From Actinomycetota bacterium (lineage in GTDB: Bacteria; Actinomycetota; Acidimicrobiia; Acidimicrobiales; JAJPHD01): DNA of 64,000 nt. The DNA lies in assembly GCA_021325455.1 (NCBI GenBank), contig JAJPHD010000026.1, forward strand, positions 334,722-398,721, in the 5' to 3' direction. Position numbers and translations under genes: made by a program. The notes below the pieces were generated by a model that worked only from the letters and a program-made list of their open reading frames with translations, did not search any database and was not told the DNA's origin. Positions 61,454 through 64,000 of the stretch are shown piece by piece (the stretch's first letter is position 1; each line of letters starts with the position of its first letter).

Positions 61454-61536
61454 GCCAGCCGGTCCCCGCCCAGGTCACCACCGGCGCCGGAGGCCAGCCG
61501 GCCCGCGCCGGCGCCCGGGGCCGGTCGTGCCAGGAG

Positions 61537-61692
61537 GTGGTGGAGGTACAGGAGACCTGGCGGGTGGACGAGGGCTGGTGGCGGCCCAAGCCCATCTCCC
61601 GGCTCTACTACCGTCTGGTCCTGGCCGACGGCCAGCACCTCACCGTCTACCGGGACCTGGTCGGGGGGGGTTGGTGGGCCCAGCGGTATTGA
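61537..61692 (+). CDS. small Trp-rich ORF downstream of imuB (start uncertain: GTG 61537/61540 or ATG 61402 overlapping imuB)
   Basis: Only the last about 50 codons of shadow ORF 60133..61692 look real: VVEVQETWRVDEGWWRPKPISRLYYRLVLADGQHLTVYRDLVGGGWWAQRY. High GC3; AGGAGG at 61532-37. Confidence 0.45.
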   Translation: MVEVQETWRVDEGWWRPKPISRLYYRLVLADGQHLTVYRDLVGGGWWAQRY

Positions 61693-61709
61693 CCACGGGC
61701 GGGGCCGGG

Positions 61710-61919
61710 CTATCGCCCCGACGGCCGGCGTAAACCGGCGCGGGCGAGGACATGGTGAAAGAGGTCAGCCACGATCGGCACGACCTCAGCGGCGCTGCGG
61801 TCCTCCCCGGCCAGGCCGTCGAAGGTCTCGAAGCCCATCAGCACATGCAGCGTCCTGGCCAGCTCGTCGATGCGGGCCCCTCGCGGCGGGCGCGGACCGA
61901 GGCGTCCCAGGAGCATCAC
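61710..61919 (-). pseudogene. possible C-terminal fragment of a TetR-family-like regulator (no HTH part present)
   Basis: The last about 69 codons of track ORF 61710..62210 have coding-like GC3 (VMLLGRLGPRPPRGARIDELARTLHVLMGFETFDGLAGEDRSAAEVVPIVADLFHHVLA). The rest of that ORF is antisense to the membrane gene. The family call is weak. Confidence 0.25.
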
Positions 61920-61974
61920 CAGCCCCCGCGGCCCTGGACCCCGATGTCGGCGCCGTGATCGCTGCCTGGCCGAG

Positions 61975-62352
61975 GTGGTGGCCAATGGCCCGGTTGGGCT
62001 GTCCATCCACGTGGTGCTGGGGATCCTCCTCTTCGTGAGCGGGATCACCGTGGTGGTGCGAGCCGCCCTCCTACGCCGGACCCTTCCGATCTCCCTGGCC
62101 GCTGCCGGGTTGGCGGCCATACTGGTCGCCGGCGGGAGCGGGGCCCGTTTCGTGGGCCAGGGGAGCACCAACGCCTCCCTGGTGATGGCGCTGGCCGCTG
62201 GCCTTGCCATCGTGTCCTACGCCGCCATCCTCTTCGTCTCGCCCTCCCCCATGAGACCGGCCGACAGGGAGGACCACCGGGCGGAGGCCACGGCTGCGGG
62301 GGCGGCCCTGTCCGGGACGGGTGAAGCCACGCCGGCCGGCCGCCATGGCTGA
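61975..62352 (+). CDS. hypothetical 4-TM membrane protein
   Basis: Real part of track ORF 61870..62352; GTG 61975. Helices LSIHVVLGILLFVSGITVVV, LPISLAAAGLAAILVAG, ASLVMALAAGLAIVSYAAILFV. Confidence 0.45.
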   Translation: MVANGPVGLSIHVVLGILLFVSGITVVVRAALLRRTLPISLAAAGLAAILVAGGSGARFVGQGSTNASLVMALAAGLAIVSYAAILFVSPSPMRPADREDHRAEATAAGAALSGTGEATPAGRHG

Positions 62353-62457
62353 GCTGGCTGGCCCTCGTCCCTCCCCTTCGCTCGGCCCGGCACCGGGCAG
62401 AGGCATCCCCCCGGTACCCAGGCCCGCCCCGGCCGCTCCCGCTGCCGGGTCTCTGTC

Positions 62458-63348
62458 ATGACCCCAGGGACCGGCTCCCCCCTCGCCGGCCAGTCTGCCG
62501 TCGTGACCGGCGCCAGCAGTGGCATCGGCTTCCACACAGCCCTGCTCTTCGCCAGGCGAGGGGCATCCGTCACCATCACCGGGCGTGACCCGAAGCGGGG
62601 CGCCGGAGCCGTGGCGGCCATCCGGGCCGCGGCCGGGCACGGGGCGGTGCGGTTCATGGCTTGTGACCACTCGCTGGCCGCGGCCAACCAGGACCTGGCC
62701 GCCCGCCTGACGAGCTCCCTCGACCGCCTCGACCTGCTGGTGAACAACGTAGGGGGCATCTCGGCCAAGCGGCGGGTCACCGAAGAGGGCATCGAGTGGT
62801 CCCTGGCCGTCAACTTCCTCGCCCCCTTCACCCTCACCGGGGCCCTCCTCCCCAAGCTCAGGGAGAGCCCCGGCGTCAGCCGGTGCCCGAACGTCGTCTC
62901 CAGCGCCTACAAGATGGCCAGGGGGGACCCCTTCGAGGACCTGCAGGCCGCCCGGTCCTACGTGGGTATCGAGGTCCACGGACGAGCCAAGCTCTTCACC
63001 CTGCTGTGGTCACTCGGCTTGAGCCGCCACACCCCGCCCAGAGAGCTCGTGGTGGTGGCCGTGAACCCGGGGATGACCTGGACGCCGATGACCCAGTCCA
63101 TGACCCCTGAGGTGGTCCCGGCATGGAGGTACTTCTTCCCCGTCGTGCGGGCCTTCCAGCGCCGGGCCCATCCGGCTCGTGCCGCCGGGAACTGCGAGCG
63201 GCTCGCCCTGGCTACCCTTCAGGCCGTCTCGGGGCGCTACTTCGACGGCAAGAAGCCCAAGCGGCTCCCCGATCAGCTCGGCGATCCGGAGCTCATCGAG
63301 CGGGTCATGCGTATCGGGATGCAGTTGCGCTCCTCGGCCTTGGCCTGA
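62458..63348 (+). CDS. short-chain dehydrogenase/reductase (SDR) family oxidoreductase
   Basis: 296 aa. Cofactor motif AVVTGASSGIGFHTA, LVNNVGG, and an active-site region SSAYKMA. Confidence 0.8.
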   Translation: MTPGTGSPLAGQSAVVTGASSGIGFHTALLFARRGASVTITGRDPKRGAGAVAAIRAAAGHGAVRFMACDHSLAAANQDLAARLTSSLDRLDLLVNNVGGISAKRRVTEEGIEWSLAVNFLAPFTLTGALLPKLRESPGVSRCPNVVSSAYKMARGDPFEDLQAARSYVGIEVHGRAKLFTLLWSLGLSRHTPPRELVVVAVNPGMTWTPMTQSMTPEVVPAWRYFFPVVRAFQRRAHPARAAGNCERLALATLQAVSGRYFDGKKPKRLPDQLGDPELIERVMRIGMQLRSSALA

Positions 63349-63376
63349 CAGCCCGACTCAGGTATCACGGCTATTG

Positions 63377-63392
63377 TAGAACACATGTTCGA
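63377..63392. promoter_or_regulatory. LexA (SOS) box TAGAAC-ACAT-GTTCGA
   Basis: 15 of 16 bases match (16-bp site) TCGAAC-N4-GTTCGA. It lies 53 nt upstream of the dnaE2 ATG, and TATTGT (TANNNT) at 63372-77 abuts it. Confidence 0.75.
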
Positions 63393-63444
63393 GGCCAGGA
63401 GCCGGCCGGCCTCAGCCGCCCCGTCACCGAGACCGTCCCTTTCG

Positions 63445-64000
63445 ATGCCGGTTGAGACCGGTTCCTGCCCAAGGAGCTCCGGTCCATCCAGCCATGAGAC
63501 CAGCGGCCCGGGCCAGCCCGCCCCGGACTATGTGGAGCTGCACGTCCACACCAACTACTCGCTCTTGGAAGGAGCCTCCCATCCCCGGGAGCTGGTCGAG
63601 CAAGCCGCCGACTACGGGTACCGGGCTCTCGCCATCACCGACCGGGACAATCTCCATGGGGCGCTCGAGTTCGCCCGCCTGTGCCGGGAGCGCGGCATCC
63701 AGCCCATTGCCGGCGTGGAGCTGACGGTGGCTGAGGACCCCGACGCCGACCCGGGCCAGGAGCCCGGCCAGGGGAGCCGCCATTCACTGGTGCTGCTGGC
63801 CGAGACCCGCCGGGGCTGGGCCAACCTGTGCCGGCTGGTCAGCCTGGCCCACGGGCATGCCGAGACCACCCAGGCCGGCCGGGAGCGGCGCCGGCGGGAC
63901 CCCTGCCTGGCCCGCCGATACCTCGCCAGCCACTCGGCCGGGCTCATCTGCCTGACCGGAGGCCGGCGCAGCGAGGTGGCCATGGCGGTCGACGCCGGTC
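63445..64000 (+). CDS. dnaE2: error-prone DNA polymerase III alpha subunit DnaE2 (ImuC), N-terminal PHP domain; runs off the right edge
   Basis: Own translation from ATG 63445: MPVETGSCPRSS...PDYVELHVHTNYSLLEGASHPRELVEQAADYGYRALAITDRDNLHGALEFARLCRERGIQPIAGVEL...HSLVLLAETRRGWANLCRLVS = PHP domain. Absent from the track because it has no stop in the window. Confidence 0.88.
   Translation, partial: MPVETGSCPRSSGPSSHETSGPGQPAPDYVELHVHTNYSLLEGASHPRELVEQAADYGYRALAITDRDNLHGALEFARLCRERGIQPIAGVELTVAEDPDADPGQEPGQGSRHSLVLLAETRRGWANLCRLVSLAHGHAETTQAGRERRRRDPCLARRYLASHSAGLICLTGGRRSEVAMAVDAG

Noticed and set aside
60133-61536. The 519-aa ORF 60133..61692 as a candidate imuA-like gene overlapping imuB.
   Set aside because: It is an out-of-frame shadow of imuB (R/G/P-rich, no RecA-fold motifs). 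Only its last about 50 codons downstream of the imuB stop look coding, and these are reported separately.
61665-61672. G8/C8 homopolymer runs (also about 18266-18273, 22626-22633, 40366-40373, 59926-59933) as phase-variation switches.
   Set aside because: Runs of this length are expected by chance in 70%-GC coding DNA. They lie in unrelated housekeeping genes and all are currently in frame.

Overview
This is a high-GC (about 70% by eye) Actinomycetota-type chromosomal segment. The gene order recG-yloV-rpmB ... thiL ... ddl resembles Mycobacterium and Acidimicrobiia-like genomes. I call about 55 protein genes, mostly core functions:
- Central and lipid metabolism: GTP-PEPCK, Kgd, thiolase, acetoacetyl-CoA synthetase, a fused E1 alpha/beta, the lat-pcd lysine catabolism pair, queDCE and fabZ.
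- DNA repair: recG, uvrD2, xthA, ligC, imuB and dnaE2.

I found no rRNA, tRNA, CRISPR array, IS element or integrase. All family assignments rest on motifs I recognise in the translations; no database search was possible. Many of the long ORFs in the track are antisense or out-of-frame shadow ORFs typical of high-GC DNA, and several listed ORFs fuse a real gene to such a shadow, so I re-set those starts by hand.

Most noteworthy:
1. selD is itself a selenoprotein. It has an in-frame TGA at the catalytic Cys position and a SECIS-like hairpin, and the ORF track truncates it. It also overlaps the upstream transporter gene by 110 nt.
2. Two near-consensus actinobacterial LexA boxes sit in front of imuB and dnaE2. 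The cassette is split by about 1.9 kb of unrelated genes and has no imuA-like gene.
3. A tightly coupled operon encodes an alpha/beta hydrolase, a MurF-like ligase with an N-terminal multi-TM extension, and a Ddl-like ATP-grasp enzyme.
4. A soluble, TM-less VirD4/TraG-like coupling-protein ATPase is embedded in a metabolic operon, with no other conjugation genes nearby.
5. The roughly 260-nt leader upstream of uvrD2 contains four consecutive near-perfect hairpins and a closing stem. It matches no RNA family I can recognise.
6. Unusual architectures include a NYN-RNase/S1 protein with a histone-H1-like tail, a stand-alone sigma70 region-4 protein, and an MscL with a C-terminal zinc ribbon.
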